From the NCBI GenBank assembly GCA_946554325.1, contig CAMNSB010000003.1:1-47111 (forward strand): a stretch of 47,111 bases of DNA, written 5' to 3'. This document shows positions 19,153 through 29,389 of this stretch, piece after piece. How positions within the stretch are numbered: the stretch's first letter is position 1; every line of letters starts with the position of its first letter. The DNA is from an uncultured Mycoplasmatota bacterium. GTDB taxonomy: Bacteria; Bacillota_I; Bacilli_A; RF39; UBA660. A program made the position numbers and the translations under genes. Below the pieces are notes generated by a model that made no database searches, had not been told where the DNA came from, and saw nothing but the letters and a program-made list of their open reading frames with translations.

Positions 19153-19659
19153 ATGAAAGCAAATTATGAAAATGAAGATTATAAAACAGACACTCAAATG
19201 ATCATTATGCTCTCTCTTATTCTCATATTTCCTATTGGTTGGGGAAGTATAAATTTTATTCAATATGGACTAAGTCCTAAAATGATAATCTTAGTTTTAT
19301 TCTTTGTAATTCCACTGCTAATTATGATTTTTTTCAGCTATAGAGAAAGAAAAAAGCATCTAGAAGAAAGATATAAAAATCAGTATATCATGAAACAGGG
19401 ACAAGTAGTAGAAGGAACCATTCTAAAAATATGGACAGAATCAACCCGTACTGGAAATGATGCTAGCGATAGGATCATAAGAATTAACAAAGCCCGAGTA
19501 ATGTTTGAAATAGATGGTCATAAAAATATAATAGAACTAGACCATTTATGTTTTAGACCAAAGAAAGAGTACAATGGAAAAAAAGTAAAAGTGTATGTAT
19601 TAGATTCTTCTAATGTTTATGTAGATATTATTAATGAAGTAGAAAGGAGCACATCATGA
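19153..19659 (+). CDS. Hypothetical 2-TM membrane protein with C-terminal beta domain
   Basis: AAGGAG RBS; two hydrophobic helices; ATGA overlap with nusB. Confidence 0.75.
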   Translation: MKANYENEDYKTDTQMIIMLSLILIFPIGWGSINFIQYGLSPKMIILVLFFVIPLLIMIFFSYRERKKHLEERYKNQYIMKQGQVVEGTILKIWTESTRTGNDASDRIIRINKARVMFEIDGHKNIIELDHLCFRPKKEYNGKKVKVYVLDSSNVYVDIINEVERSTS

Positions 19660-20063
19660 AAAATAGAAGTGAATTAAGAGAAATTATAATGAAAGTCATT
19701 TATCAAGTATTAATATATGAAGATACGAATCTTTCTTATCATATCGAAGATTTAATAAAAGAACAGATAGAAGTAGAAAATGACTATGTAAGTGAAATGA
19801 TAAAAGGAATACTAGAAAATAAAAAAGAATTATACCATCTTGCTGATAAGTACTTACTAGACTGGAAAATGTCTCGTCTGAATAAAGTAGATCAAGTAAT
19901 CATTGCAATGGGAATTTATGAATTAACAATGACAAAAACTCCTGCTATTGTGGCCATTAACGAAGCAATAGAGTTATCCAAAAAATATAGTGAAGAAAAA
20001 GTAACAAAAATGTTAAATGGAGTTCTTGATAATATCTATCATAGTGAGGATTATCATGAATGA
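19656..20063 (+). CDS. nusB: Transcription antitermination factor NusB
   Basis: RSELRE..MK.IYQ, W..SRL..VD, AINEAIELSKKY and NGVLD. Confidence 0.95.
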   Translation: MKNRSELREIIMKVIYQVLIYEDTNLSYHIEDLIKEQIEVENDYVSEMIKGILENKKELYHLADKYLLDWKMSRLNKVDQVIIAMGIYELTMTKTPAIVAINEAIELSKKYSEEKVTKMLNGVLDNIYHSEDYHE

Positions 20064-21312
20064 TAAGTATATTACTGTTAGTAGTTTAACCAAATATATT
20101 AAATATAAAATAGATAACGACATTCATTTACAAGAAGTATTTATAAGAGGGGAAATTTCTAACTTTAAGGCACACTCAAGAGGACACTTTTATTTTACCC
20201 TAAAAGATGAAACAAGTAGAATCAATGCCATTATGTTTGCATCGAATACAAATAAACTTCCCTTTAAGCCAATGGATGGAATGAAAGTGTTAGTAACAGG
20301 AAAAATTAGTGTTTATGAAGCAACTGGAGCCTATCAAATCTATGTCTCCGATATGTTAGAGGATGGAGTAGGAAATTTATATATTGCTTATGAACAATTG
20401 AAAAAGAAATTAGAAGAAGAAGGTTTATTCAGAACTGACCAAAAAAAGAAAATTCCAAAAATCCCTGAGAAAATTGGAATTGTAACAGCGCCAACAGGAG
20501 CAGCAATTCGTGATATCTTATCAACTATTAATAGAAGATGGCCTTATGTAACAACATATTTATTTCCGTCCTTGGTTCAAGGAATGGAAGCAAAAGAAGA
20601 TATTGCAAGACAAATTAAAAATGCCGATAACTTTGGATGTGATGTACTAATTGTTGGACGTGGGGGAGGATCTATCGAAGACTTATGGAGTTTTAACGAA
20701 GAAATTGTAGCAAGAGCAATATTTGATGCTAAAACGCCAATTATCAGTGCTGTTGGTCATGAAGTAGACTTTACGATTGCAGACTTTGTCGCTGATGTTA
20801 GAGCACCAACTCCAACAGGAGCAGCCGAAATGGCAGTACCAAGTGAGGAAGATGTTAGAAAACACTTAAAACAATTAGAAATTAGAGCAACTAAGATAAC
20901 AAGTAACATAACAAAACTAAAAAGAGAAAAATTAACTCAAATTACAAGTAAATATATCTTTAAAAACATAAATTCAATTTATGAACCAAAGGAACAAGCA
21001 TTTAGTTATATTTTAGATAAATTAAAAACAACAAGCAAAAACTTAATAATGCAAAAACAAAAAGAACTAGATAATTATAAAAGCAGTTTCATCTTTAAAA
21101 ATCCTGATCTATTGTTGGATAAGCCAAAAAACAAATATTTACAAATGATTTCAAAGTTAGAAACTCTTAGTCCACTTCTTACATTAAAACGTGGATATGC
21201 TATTGTAAAAAAAGAGGGAAAAGCAATAACAACGAAAAAAGACGTAAAAGCAAAAGACAAACTCAGCCTTGCATTGCAAGATGGAGAAGTAAAGGTAGAA
21301 GTAATATCATAA
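20056..21312 (+). CDS. xseA: Exodeoxyribonuclease VII large subunit
   Basis: GEISNF...GHFYFTLKD, GRGGGSIEDLWSFN and SAVGHE.DFTIADFVAD.RAPTPT. Confidence 0.97.
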   Translation: MNDKYITVSSLTKYIKYKIDNDIHLQEVFIRGEISNFKAHSRGHFYFTLKDETSRINAIMFASNTNKLPFKPMDGMKVLVTGKISVYEATGAYQIYVSDMLEDGVGNLYIAYEQLKKKLEEEGLFRTDQKKKIPKIPEKIGIVTAPTGAAIRDILSTINRRWPYVTTYLFPSLVQGMEAKEDIARQIKNADNFGCDVLIVGRGGGSIEDLWSFNEEIVARAIFDAKTPIISAVGHEVDFTIADFVADVRAPTPTGAAEMAVPSEEDVRKHLKQLEIRATKITSNITKLKREKLTQITSKYIFKNINSIYEPKEQAFSYILDKLKTTSKNLIMQKQKELDNYKSSFIFKNPDLLLDKPKNKYLQMISKLETLSPLLTLKRGYAIVKKEGKAITTKKDVKAKDKLSLALQDGEVKVEVIS

Positions 21313-21339
21313 TTACTAAGTATATGAGGAGAGAAAAAT

Positions 21340-21570
21340 ATGGAAAAAGAAAAAAAAGAGAAAAGTTTTGAAGAAAACTTAGAAGAACTATCTGCGATCG
21401 TAGAAAAATTAGAAGCAGGAGAAACTCCTTTGGATGATGCCATCGAAGAGTTTCAAAAAGCAATGAAATTAGCAAAATCATGTGATGAAAAATTAAAAAC
21501 AGCAGAAGACGCTATTCATAAAATTGTGGATAGTGATAATGAAATAAAAGATTTTGAAATAAAGGAATAA
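21340..21570 (+). CDS. xseB: Exodeoxyribonuclease VII small subunit
   Basis: SFEENLEEL..IVEKLE.GE.PLDDA; follows xseA. Confidence 0.95.
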   Translation: MEKEKKEKSFEENLEELSAIVEKLEAGETPLDDAIEEFQKAMKLAKSCDEKLKTAEDAIHKIVDSDNEIKDFEIKE

Positions 21571-21722
21571 TTTTGCTAAAAATTTTTTCTACCATCACCA
21601 GTAGTATTGAAAGAAGAAATTAGAATGAAATAGGATGAGTATTAGAAAAATAACCATCTCCAAGAATAAAAAACCTAACCATTTTCTAAAATAAATTACT
21701 ATATAAGTGAAAGGTGATTATT

Positions 21723-22196
21723 ATGGATAAGATTTATGATGAATATTATTATAAAATATATAATTGGGCAATAAAAAAAACAAAGCATAAAGAAGATGCA
21801 GAAGATTTGACGAATAGTGTTTTTTTAGCAATATTTGAGTATTTTAACAAAAATATCAAAGTTGAAAAATTAGAAAATTTAATATGGAAAATTGCTTATA
21901 ATTTATGGTGCACCAAAGCAAAAAATTATATGAAAGAAAAAAATAATACAACATTTGATGAAAATCACGAATTAGGTTATGAAACTCAAATGTTAGATAA
22001 AATTATATATAAAGAAATCATAAATAATTTAGATAATATTGGTTTAACAAATAAAGAAAAAACAGTATTTAATATGTACTATATAAATGACCTTTCAATA
22101 AAAGAAATTAGTAAAAAAATAAGCACTAAAGAAGCGAATATAAAATATTTTCTTTATAGTGCAAGAAATAAGATAAAGGAGAAATATGATGAATAA
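21723..22196 (+). CDS. ECF RNA polymerase sigma factor
   Basis: Region 2 (DAEDL...VFL, LIWKIAYN) and region 4 (LSIKEIS...NIK..L.SARNKIK). Confidence 0.88.
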   Translation: MDKIYDEYYYKIYNWAIKKTKHKEDAEDLTNSVFLAIFEYFNKNIKVEKLENLIWKIAYNLWCTKAKNYMKEKNNTTFDENHELGYETQMLDKIIYKEIINNLDNIGLTNKEKTVFNMYYINDLSIKEISKKISTKEANIKYFLYSARNKIKEKYDE

Positions 22197-22878
22197 TTTA
22201 AATTTAGATAAGTATTTGAATATGGTCAATGATGAAAAAATAAAAAGAGGACTAAAAGCTTATATTCCATTATATCCCATGTTAAGAGTAGAAAATGAAA
22301 AATTATATGTTAGTGTAATGTTAACAGAAGAGCATGATAATGTTTGGAGCAGAGAAGAACAGATTAAACCTGAATATTGGATTTTAATTGATATTATTGA
22401 AGATAAGATTTTAGAATTCAATAAAACAGAAGATAAAGATTTTGTAATTGGAAATTTAATCCCTAAAAACACTGATAACAAACAACAGGAAATCTCAAAA
22501 TATACAGTCAAGAAAACATTACAATATAAAAACTATTTGATGGAAGATATAAAAAAGGAAGAATTGCCATTACAAAAAAAATTATCTAATACCCTTGGTA
22601 GTGAAATGGAAATTGATGGAGAAAAAGTGAATATAAATGATTATTTATTATCAAATTTAGAAGAAGATATTAAAGCAAAAATTAACGATTTAGTGGATAT
22701 TCTAATACAATCAAAGTATGGTTCAATTACTTTCTATTATGATCAATTGTTTACTAATATTGTAAATAATTATAAAAAAGATAAAACGATTGCGAATGAA
22801 AAAATTAAATTATGTATTGAAATAATGAATAATTATTATGATGGCGTTATAGGAATTGATAATTTGTTTAATGTTTAG
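22186..22878 (+). CDS. Hypothetical cytoplasmic protein coupled to the ECF sigma
   Basis: Overlaps the sigma stop; no TM segment. Confidence 0.75.
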   Translation: MMNNLNLDKYLNMVNDEKIKRGLKAYIPLYPMLRVENEKLYVSVMLTEEHDNVWSREEQIKPEYWILIDIIEDKILEFNKTEDKDFVIGNLIPKNTDNKQQEISKYTVKKTLQYKNYLMEDIKKEELPLQKKLSNTLGSEMEIDGEKVNINDYLLSNLEEDIKAKINDLVDILIQSKYGSITFYYDQLFTNIVNNYKKDKTIANEKIKLCIEIMNNYYDGVIGIDNLFNV

Positions 22879-23002
22879 AAAAATCAGACTAACTTCTAAA
22901 ATAAGAATTAGTCGTTTTCTTTTACCAATATTTATAAGATTTTTTTTAAATATTTTATCCATAATATAAATGTAGTAATCGTTTTTAAAAGGAGATGATA
23001 GG

Positions 23003-23986
23003 ATGAATTTTAAAAACAAACTACATTATTTTATTACCTTTCTTTTATTTATTCTGCCACTAAATGTCTTTGCTTATTCAGACTATATTATCCCAGGCGG
23101 AGCAACTGTTGGAATTGAGGTAAACTCCAAAGGAGTTTTAGTAGTTGGATTCTATAAAGTCGATAATACTTACATTGGACGGGATGCCGGATTTGAAGTA
23201 GGAGATAAAATCCTAAAAATAGATGCCAAAGAAGTAAATAGTATTGACGAAATGATTACAAAAATCGAGGAAAATACGAGTAAAAATATTGTAATCACAG
23301 TAGATAGAAACAATAAATCTCAGGAAATAAAACTAAAACTAGAAAGTGACGAAAATGGGGTATATAAGACAGGACTATATGTAAAAGATCAAATTACAGG
23401 AATTGGTACATTAACTTATATCGATCCACAGACAAGAAAATTTGGTGCCCTAGGACATGAAATCATGGAAAAAACAACTGCCCTCAAATTCGAAATCAAA
23501 GATGGAACGATTTTTAATGCCAATGTCGTAGGAATTACCAAAAGTGAGAAGAATAAAGCAGGAGAAAAAAATGCCACTTATAACAAAAATGCTGTATATG
23601 GAAAAATAGAAGAAAACGAAATTTCTGGAATATTTGGTAATTATACAGATTCTCTACCAGAAGAAGAAAAGTTAAAAGTAGCTCCATCAAGTGAGGTTCA
23701 TACAGGAAATGCTATTATCAGAACAGTAGTAGAAGGAGAAAAAGTAGAAGAATATAATATTAATATTTTAAAACTAGATGATGCCAATAAAACAAAAAAT
23801 ATCCTATTTGAAATTACAGATGAAAAACTACTGGAAAAAACAGGTGGAGTAGTGCAGGGAATGAGTGGTTCTCCCATATTGCAGGATAATAAAATTGTTG
23901 GTGCCGTTACCCACGTAATTGTAAATGACAGTACAAAAGGTTATGGAATATTTATTACAACAATGTTAAAGGAAGGAGAAAATTAA
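23003..23986 (+). CDS. spoIVB: SpoIVB peptidase (S55, PDZ)
   Basis: PGG..VGI, GIGTLTYID, FGALGH and TGGVVQGMSGSPILQ..K.VGAVTHV. Confidence 0.93.
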   Translation: MNFKNKLHYFITFLLFILPLNVFAYSDYIIPGGATVGIEVNSKGVLVVGFYKVDNTYIGRDAGFEVGDKILKIDAKEVNSIDEMITKIEENTSKNIVITVDRNNKSQEIKLKLESDENGVYKTGLYVKDQITGIGTLTYIDPQTRKFGALGHEIMEKTTALKFEIKDGTIFNANVVGITKSEKNKAGEKNATYNKNAVYGKIEENEISGIFGNYTDSLPEEEKLKVAPSSEVHTGNAIIRTVVEGEKVEEYNINILKLDDANKTKNILFEITDEKLLEKTGGVVQGMSGSPILQDNKIVGAVTHVIVNDSTKGYGIFITTMLKEGEN

Positions 23987-24008
23987 AGGGTATTATACCC
24001 TTTTTTTG
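23984..24008 (+). terminator. Intrinsic terminator
   Basis: AAAGGGTA-TTA-TACCCTTT followed by a T-run. Confidence 0.7.
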
Positions 24009-24096
24009 ACATAAAAAAAGAAAATAAGTATAATAAATTAGAATGAATAATAAAATAATTAACATTGCCTATCAAAAAAGGAAGAGGGGATAGTAT

Positions 24097-24729
24097 ATGG
24101 CATCAGCAATTATACATATGGCTGTTGGAAAATGTATTGGCGATATTGTTGGAAAAAGTACAAAAGATTTCTTTTTAGGAACCATCGCTCCAGATATTAG
24201 TAAGATAGTAGGAGAAGAGAGAAAAATCTCCCACTTCGAAGATAAAGATAAAAATATTCCAAATATAAAGCATTTCATAGAAAAATATAAAGATGATTTA
24301 ACAAAAGATTTTGAGTTTGGTTATTTAGTTCATCTATATACAGATAAATATTGGAGCGAAAAGTTTATACCATCTCTAGTTTATAACAATGAAATCAAGC
24401 TACTAGATGGAACAATTATAAAATATCCTCCCCAAAAAATACTGGAATTAATCTATAACGATTATACCAATATTAACATCTCCACAATTGAAGATCATGA
24501 GCTAGATTTATCCCTATTTTATGAAGAATTTCCATTCCCAAAAACAAAAATAGAAGAAGTAAATAAAGACTTCAAAAAACTAATTGATAAAATGGGACTT
24601 ATTATTGAAAACTCAAAAAGTGAAAAACACTATTTATTTAATCAAGATACAATTAATAATTTTATCGAAGAGTGTAGCATCTATATTTTGAAAGAGTTAA
24701 AAGAAAATAATATTTTAATAAACTCATAG
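24097..24729 (+). CDS. Zinc-dependent phospholipase C-like/metal hydrolase family protein
   Basis: MAS..IH, FFLGTIAPD, SHF and GYLVHLYTD.YW. Confidence 0.75.
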   Translation: MASAIIHMAVGKCIGDIVGKSTKDFFLGTIAPDISKIVGEERKISHFEDKDKNIPNIKHFIEKYKDDLTKDFEFGYLVHLYTDKYWSEKFIPSLVYNNEIKLLDGTIIKYPPQKILELIYNDYTNINISTIEDHELDLSLFYEEFPFPKTKIEEVNKDFKKLIDKMGLIIENSKSEKHYLFNQDTINNFIEECSIYILKELKENNILINS

Positions 24730-24738
24730 AAAAATATA

Positions 24739-24767
24739 GTATTTTTTTTCTAAATAATACCATATTA
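24739..24767 (+). promoter_or_regulatory. Possible SigG-type forespore promoter
   Basis: GTATT-17 nt-CATATTA upstream of the DUF421 gene. Confidence 0.4.
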
Positions 24768-24781
24768 ATAATGGTGATACA

Positions 24782-25504
24782 ATGAACATGAATATTAATA
24801 TAGGAGAAGCACTAGGAATTATTCCAAGTAGTCTAATTTCTCTATTAACATTATTTATTATTACAAAAATTATTGGAAAAAAACAAGTCTCAGAACTAAG
24901 TTTATTTGACTATGTAATTGGAATTTCTATTGGTAACTTTTCTGCCGAAATGATTATTAATAAAGAGGTACAGTATATTAATGGTATGATAGCAATCATC
25001 GTCTTTGGACTTACAGCATGGCTGGTAAATTTCTTAGCAAGGAAAAGTATAATGATAAGACGATTATTAATGGGAGTACCAACTGTAGTCATAGAAAAGG
25101 GCGTAATCATAGAAAAAAGTTTAAAAGACTTAAATATGGATATCAATGATCTATTAGAATTTTTACGAAGTGAAGGATATTTTCATATCGAAGAAATAGC
25201 CTATGCCATTATGGAAGCAAATGGACAACTCAGTGTTTTATCAAAATCACTATATAAACCTGTTACACTAAAAGATATGAAAATAACAAGTAGTAAAGAA
25301 GAACTAGATAGCAATATCATTATAGATGGAGAATATATGGAAGAAAATATTAAAAATTCTAATAAAGGAATGGAATGGATTAAAAAAGAATTAAAGAAAA
25401 ATGGATATCAAAGTGAAGAACAAATCCTTTTAGGAGTAATTAGTAACAATAAATTAATTCTCTATCCAAAGAATCAATATGAAGCTGAAGAAGTATTGGA
25501 ATAA
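24782..25504 (+). CDS. DUF421 (YetF/YdfS-like) membrane protein
   Basis: GKKQVSELSLFDYVIGISIG, G.PTVVIEKG and AIMEANGQLSVL. Confidence 0.9.
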   Translation: MNMNINIGEALGIIPSSLISLLTLFIITKIIGKKQVSELSLFDYVIGISIGNFSAEMIINKEVQYINGMIAIIVFGLTAWLVNFLARKSIMIRRLLMGVPTVVIEKGVIIEKSLKDLNMDINDLLEFLRSEGYFHIEEIAYAIMEANGQLSVLSKSLYKPVTLKDMKITSSKEELDSNIIIDGEYMEENIKNSNKGMEWIKKELKKNGYQSEEQILLGVISNNKLILYPKNQYEAEEVLE

Positions 25505-25556
25505 ACAAATGAAATATGCTATAATAATGAATTTAAGAGGGTAAGTAGGTGACAAT

Positions 25557-25892
25557 ATGAAAGTATGGACAAAGATAAAACTAAAAGATAGAGATAAAAA
25601 TATTGAAATATTAAGCAATGCGATAACCAATTATTTATATAAATATGGTCCTATTACAGAAGTTTGTAAAAAATATGGAATAACATACTCTGAAAGAAAG
25701 AAAATAGAACAATATACAGCAAATAGAATTGCAGGAATACTAACATTATATTTAGCAAAAGATTATAAAAGGGTTAACGACATCATCAATAAATATTACA
25801 ATAGCAATGACATCTTTAAAGAAGAAATTATTCCAGAATTAGAAGGATATATTGAAAGAACAAGAAGCAAAGAATATAACAAAAAAGATTAA
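25557..25892 (+). CDS. Hypothetical protein
   Basis: Extended -10 TGCTATAAT and AGGTG RBS upstream. Confidence 0.75.
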   Translation: MKVWTKIKLKDRDKNIEILSNAITNYLYKYGPITEVCKKYGITYSERKKIEQYTANRIAGILTLYLAKDYKRVNDIINKYYNSNDIFKEEIIPELEGYIERTRSKEYNKKD

Positions 25893-25910
25893 AGAGAAAC
25901 TTTAATCCTT

Positions 25911-25997
25911 TTAAATATATAAAAGAGCACTAATAAACCCTGCTATCATAGCAATAACCATAATAATAGCAACAATACGTATAATCGTTTTATTCAC
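25911..25997 (-). CDS. 28-aa single-TM small protein (DUF4044/Prli42-like)
   Basis: GAGGTG RBS, GTG start; MNKTIIRIVAIIMVIAMIAGFISALLYI*; not in the ORF track. Confidence 0.7.
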   Translation of the reverse strand: MNKTIIRIVAIIMVIAMIAGFISALLYI

Positions 25998-26100
25998 ATG
26001 CCTCACCTCTTTATACATTATAAAATAAATGTTATAATTTGTAAATTATTTTTCTACATGTTTAAGCCAATCTTTAATATGATTTATAAAGAGGTGGCTT

Positions 26101-26694
26101 ATGAAAAATCAAAGCAAAAATCAAAAAAAACTATTTGTAGGACTCATTATAACTGGAATAATAGCAATTCTATTAGGTCTTTTTTTTGTAGCCATTTTAA
26201 AGATAGCAGATAAAGAACTTATAAAAACTACAATTACAAACTTTATGAAACAAGTAAAAACACAAAGACTGTTCTACCAAGAAGCCATGATACAAAGTAT
26301 TTTAGGAAATACAATAAAAGAAGTACTCCTTTTCTTTTTAGGTCTTTCTATCATTGGTCTACCAATCATTTTTATCATTTATCTATCCCAAGCTTTTACT
26401 CTAGGATTTTCAATTAGTAGCATCCTCTACGTTTATAAATGGAAAGGGATCCTTTTATCTCTAATTTATTGCACCCCCCTAATCATTAATCTACTAATTT
26501 TTCTAATTCTATCATACTACGCACTATTATTTTCAAAATATTTGTTTTATCATTTATTCTTAAAAAAGGAATTATCATTTAAAAAAATCATGAAAAGATA
26601 TATTAAAGTTTTTGGAATAGGAACTATCTGTTTATTACTAAGTAGTCTAATAGAAGTATTTTTAATACCAAAACTGCTAGCTTTCCTTCTCTAG
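26101..26694 (+). CDS. spoIIM: Stage II sporulation protein M
   Basis: Multi-TM with LGLSIIGLPII...FTLGFSI and SSLIEVFL.P. Confidence 0.8.
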   Translation: MKNQSKNQKKLFVGLIITGIIAILLGLFFVAILKIADKELIKTTITNFMKQVKTQRLFYQEAMIQSILGNTIKEVLLFFLGLSIIGLPIIFIIYLSQAFTLGFSISSILYVYKWKGILLSLIYCTPLIINLLIFLILSYYALLFSKYLFYHLFLKKELSFKKIMKRYIKVFGIGTICLLLSSLIEVFLIPKLLAFLL

Positions 26695-26773
26695 TAAAAA
26701 TCTTTTGATATCAAGGGTTTACTTACTAGTTTTAAACCTGATATAATGATAAAGAGATGTGGGAGATGATGTA

Positions 26774-27808
26774 ATGCAAAAATGTTTAGTTGCAATGAGT
26801 GGAGGAGTAGATTCAACTGCTTCAGCATTATTATTAAAAGAAAAAGGCTATGAAATAGCAGGAGCAACCATGCGTCTTCTAGACGATGAATCAAGCGAAA
26901 AAGCAATAAAAGATGCCAAAGAAGTTTGCAAAACTTTAAAAATTAAACATTATGTCATAGATTTAGTAAAAGAATTCAAGGAAGAAGTAATAGACTATTT
27001 TATAAAAACATATAAAGAAGGAAAAACTCCAAATCCATGTGTGGTTTGTAATAAAAAATTTAAATTTGATTTATTCTTGAAAGAGGCAAAAAAATTAGGA
27101 TATCCACTAATAGCAACTGGGCATTATGCAAAAGTAGAAAATGGAAAAATCTATAGAAGTAAAAATCTTAAAAAAGATCAGAGTTATTTTTTATATGGTA
27201 TAAAAAAAGAAACCATCAATAACATTCTCTTTCCTCTAGAAGATTTTAAGACCAAAGATGAAGTAAGAACTATAGCTTACCAAGTGTCTCATAGAATTAG
27301 TAAGAAAAAAGATAGTGAAGATATATGCTTTATTCCTAATAATGATTATAAAATATTTTTAAAAAAAGAGGAGAACTCTTCTGCTACAGGAGATATTTGT
27401 CTAAAAGATGGGACCATTCTAGGAAAACATTATGGCTTAGAATATTATACAATCGGTCAAAGAAAAGGCCTAAATATCTCTTATAAGGAACCACTTTATG
27501 TAATAGAGTTAGATAGAGTAAATAATAGTGTAATAGTAGGGAATAATGAAGATTTGATGCATGATACATTAATTGCTAGTGATATTTCTTTATTAGTAGA
27601 AAAAGTACCTATTGAGGTAAAAGCAAAGATACGTTCTCAAGGAAATTTAGAACTAGCAATATTAACAATGATATCAAAAGATAAAATAAAGGTTACATTT
27701 AAGCATAAACAACGAGCAATTACAAAGGGACAATCTGTAGTATTCTATGAAGAACAAGAAGAAGGAACCCTTTTAATAGGAGGAGGAATTATTACAGATA
27801 TCATCTAA
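26774..27808 (+). CDS. mnmA: tRNA 2-thiouridylase MnmA
   Basis: AMSGGVDS, TPNPCVVCN, ATGHYA, KDQSYFL, DSEDICF and YTIGQRKGL. Confidence 0.97.
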   Translation: MQKCLVAMSGGVDSTASALLLKEKGYEIAGATMRLLDDESSEKAIKDAKEVCKTLKIKHYVIDLVKEFKEEVIDYFIKTYKEGKTPNPCVVCNKKFKFDLFLKEAKKLGYPLIATGHYAKVENGKIYRSKNLKKDQSYFLYGIKKETINNILFPLEDFKTKDEVRTIAYQVSHRISKKKDSEDICFIPNNDYKIFLKKEENSSATGDICLKDGTILGKHYGLEYYTIGQRKGLNISYKEPLYVIELDRVNNSVIVGNNEDLMHDTLIASDISLLVEKVPIEVKAKIRSQGNLELAILTMISKDKIKVTFKHKQRAITKGQSVVFYEEQEEGTLLIGGGIITDII

Positions 27809-27883
27809 ATAACTAAAAGTGTCAATTTACACTTGACTATTTACATTTTCTTGATAAAATTATATTAGGAGGGTAGATGTAAC

Positions 27884-28651
27884 ATGAAAGAATTAAATGA
27901 CATCTTAGTAGAATTAGGAATTTCTAAGGTTCGGTTAGCAAAATATTTAGGAGTATCAAGACAAATGTTATATAATTATTTAGCATTAAATTCCCTAAAT
28001 GAATGGCCAAAAGAAAAATCTGTTAGATTATTAAGTTTATTAAATATCAAAACAGAAGAAGAAATTAAAGGATTAGCAGTAGATGGTGATTATATTATTG
28101 AAGTAGAAAGTAGACTTAACGAAGGTGTAAAAGACTCTTCTAATCGTGAAGTAATCGCTGATTTAAAAGGATTTAATAAAAAAGAACAGGAAGTACTATC
28201 TGATATTATTAATCTGTTAAAGGAAAAATTATCAGAGGATAGATCCAAGGATACGTATACTACTTATTGTTATTTATATCACTACTTGCAATCTATGGAT
28301 TCAGCAGAAGAATTAAAATACATCTTAGTATATATGTCAAAGTCCCTTGGATTTACAGGTGTAGAAGAGTATGTTTATAATAGAGATAAGCAATTTATGT
28401 TTGAAAGTATCATGTTTTCTGCTATGACTCTATATAATAATGGTGGAGCATCTAAAACCAAATTAGCAGAGACACATAAAAGATTTGTACAGGATATTGA
28501 ACATAAAAATGAAGAAAAGTTAAGCCGTACACAAGAGTTAAATACTGCCAAAATTCAAGCATTAAAAGAACTCGGATATACAGAAATTAACGAAGAAAAT
28601 GCCAAAGAAGTATTGGAAAAAATTGCTGAAATTCAGTCTAGAAAAGTATGA
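27884..28651 (+). CDS. N-terminal HTH DNA-binding protein
   Basis: LGISKVRLAKYLGVSRQMLYNY HTH; AGGAGG RBS; inverted repeat AAGTGT...ACACTT near the -35. Confidence 0.8.
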   Translation: MKELNDILVELGISKVRLAKYLGVSRQMLYNYLALNSLNEWPKEKSVRLLSLLNIKTEEEIKGLAVDGDYIIEVESRLNEGVKDSSNREVIADLKGFNKKEQEVLSDIINLLKEKLSEDRSKDTYTTYCYLYHYLQSMDSAEELKYILVYMSKSLGFTGVEEYVYNRDKQFMFESIMFSAMTLYNNGGASKTKLAETHKRFVQDIEHKNEEKLSRTQELNTAKIQALKELGYTEINEENAKEVLEKIAEIQSRKV

Positions 28652-28738
28652 CAAATAAAAATAAATATGATAGTATAATAATATAGCTTTTATGATAATT
28701 TCATAAAAGTTTTTAAATACTAAATAGGATGTGATTTT

Positions 28739-29374
28739 ATGAAAAATATTACGATAAAAGCAAATTTTATTCCTCTTGCATTAGCAAGTACATTAACATT
28801 ATCTACTTTCTCAATAACAGGATGTGTAAAGAAAATGGACTGTGATATTAAAGACGAGCATTTACACAAATATATTAGTGAGGAAGGTTTTGAAACCTAT
28901 ATAGATAGCGAATATGAAATTAAAAATAATATGAGCTGGACAAAAGAGATAGCATCACCTAATAAAGAGCTAAAAGTAATGGATGAATTTCATCTTATTA
29001 AAATTGAAGATAATTTAGAAGCATTAGAAGAATCAATGAAAACGGATTTACCTTATATAGAGTATGAATACAAGTTTACTACATATCGGTCGCAAAAAAT
29101 AGGAAAAACTACCATTCGTTATCCAGTATCACACTATAGGTATACAGAAGATCCTGAAGATAGTAGATTAACAGGCTATATCCGTGATGTAGATTATAAA
29201 TATAAGGGATACAGAATTGGTGAGAGTAAGAAAGGAAAAACAATTTTAATAGAAAGTGAATTAGTAGATGACCTTTCTAATATTAAGACAGAATATCCTT
29301 ATTTCAAATTAGAGGATTACAAACAAAAAGTATATTCCGAACAGTATAAAAAAGAAAAAACAAAAGTAAAATAG
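28739..29374 (+). CDS. Putative lipoprotein, hypothetical
   Basis: Signal peptide with lipobox-like ITGC. Confidence 0.7.
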   Translation: MKNITIKANFIPLALASTLTLSTFSITGCVKKMDCDIKDEHLHKYISEEGFETYIDSEYEIKNNMSWTKEIASPNKELKVMDEFHLIKIEDNLEALEESMKTDLPYIEYEYKFTTYRSQKIGKTTIRYPVSHYRYTEDPEDSRLTGYIRDVDYKYKGYRIGESKKGKTILIESELVDDLSNIKTEYPYFKLEDYKQKVYSEQYKKEKTKVK

Positions 29375-29389
29375 GGAAGGGAAGAGTCT

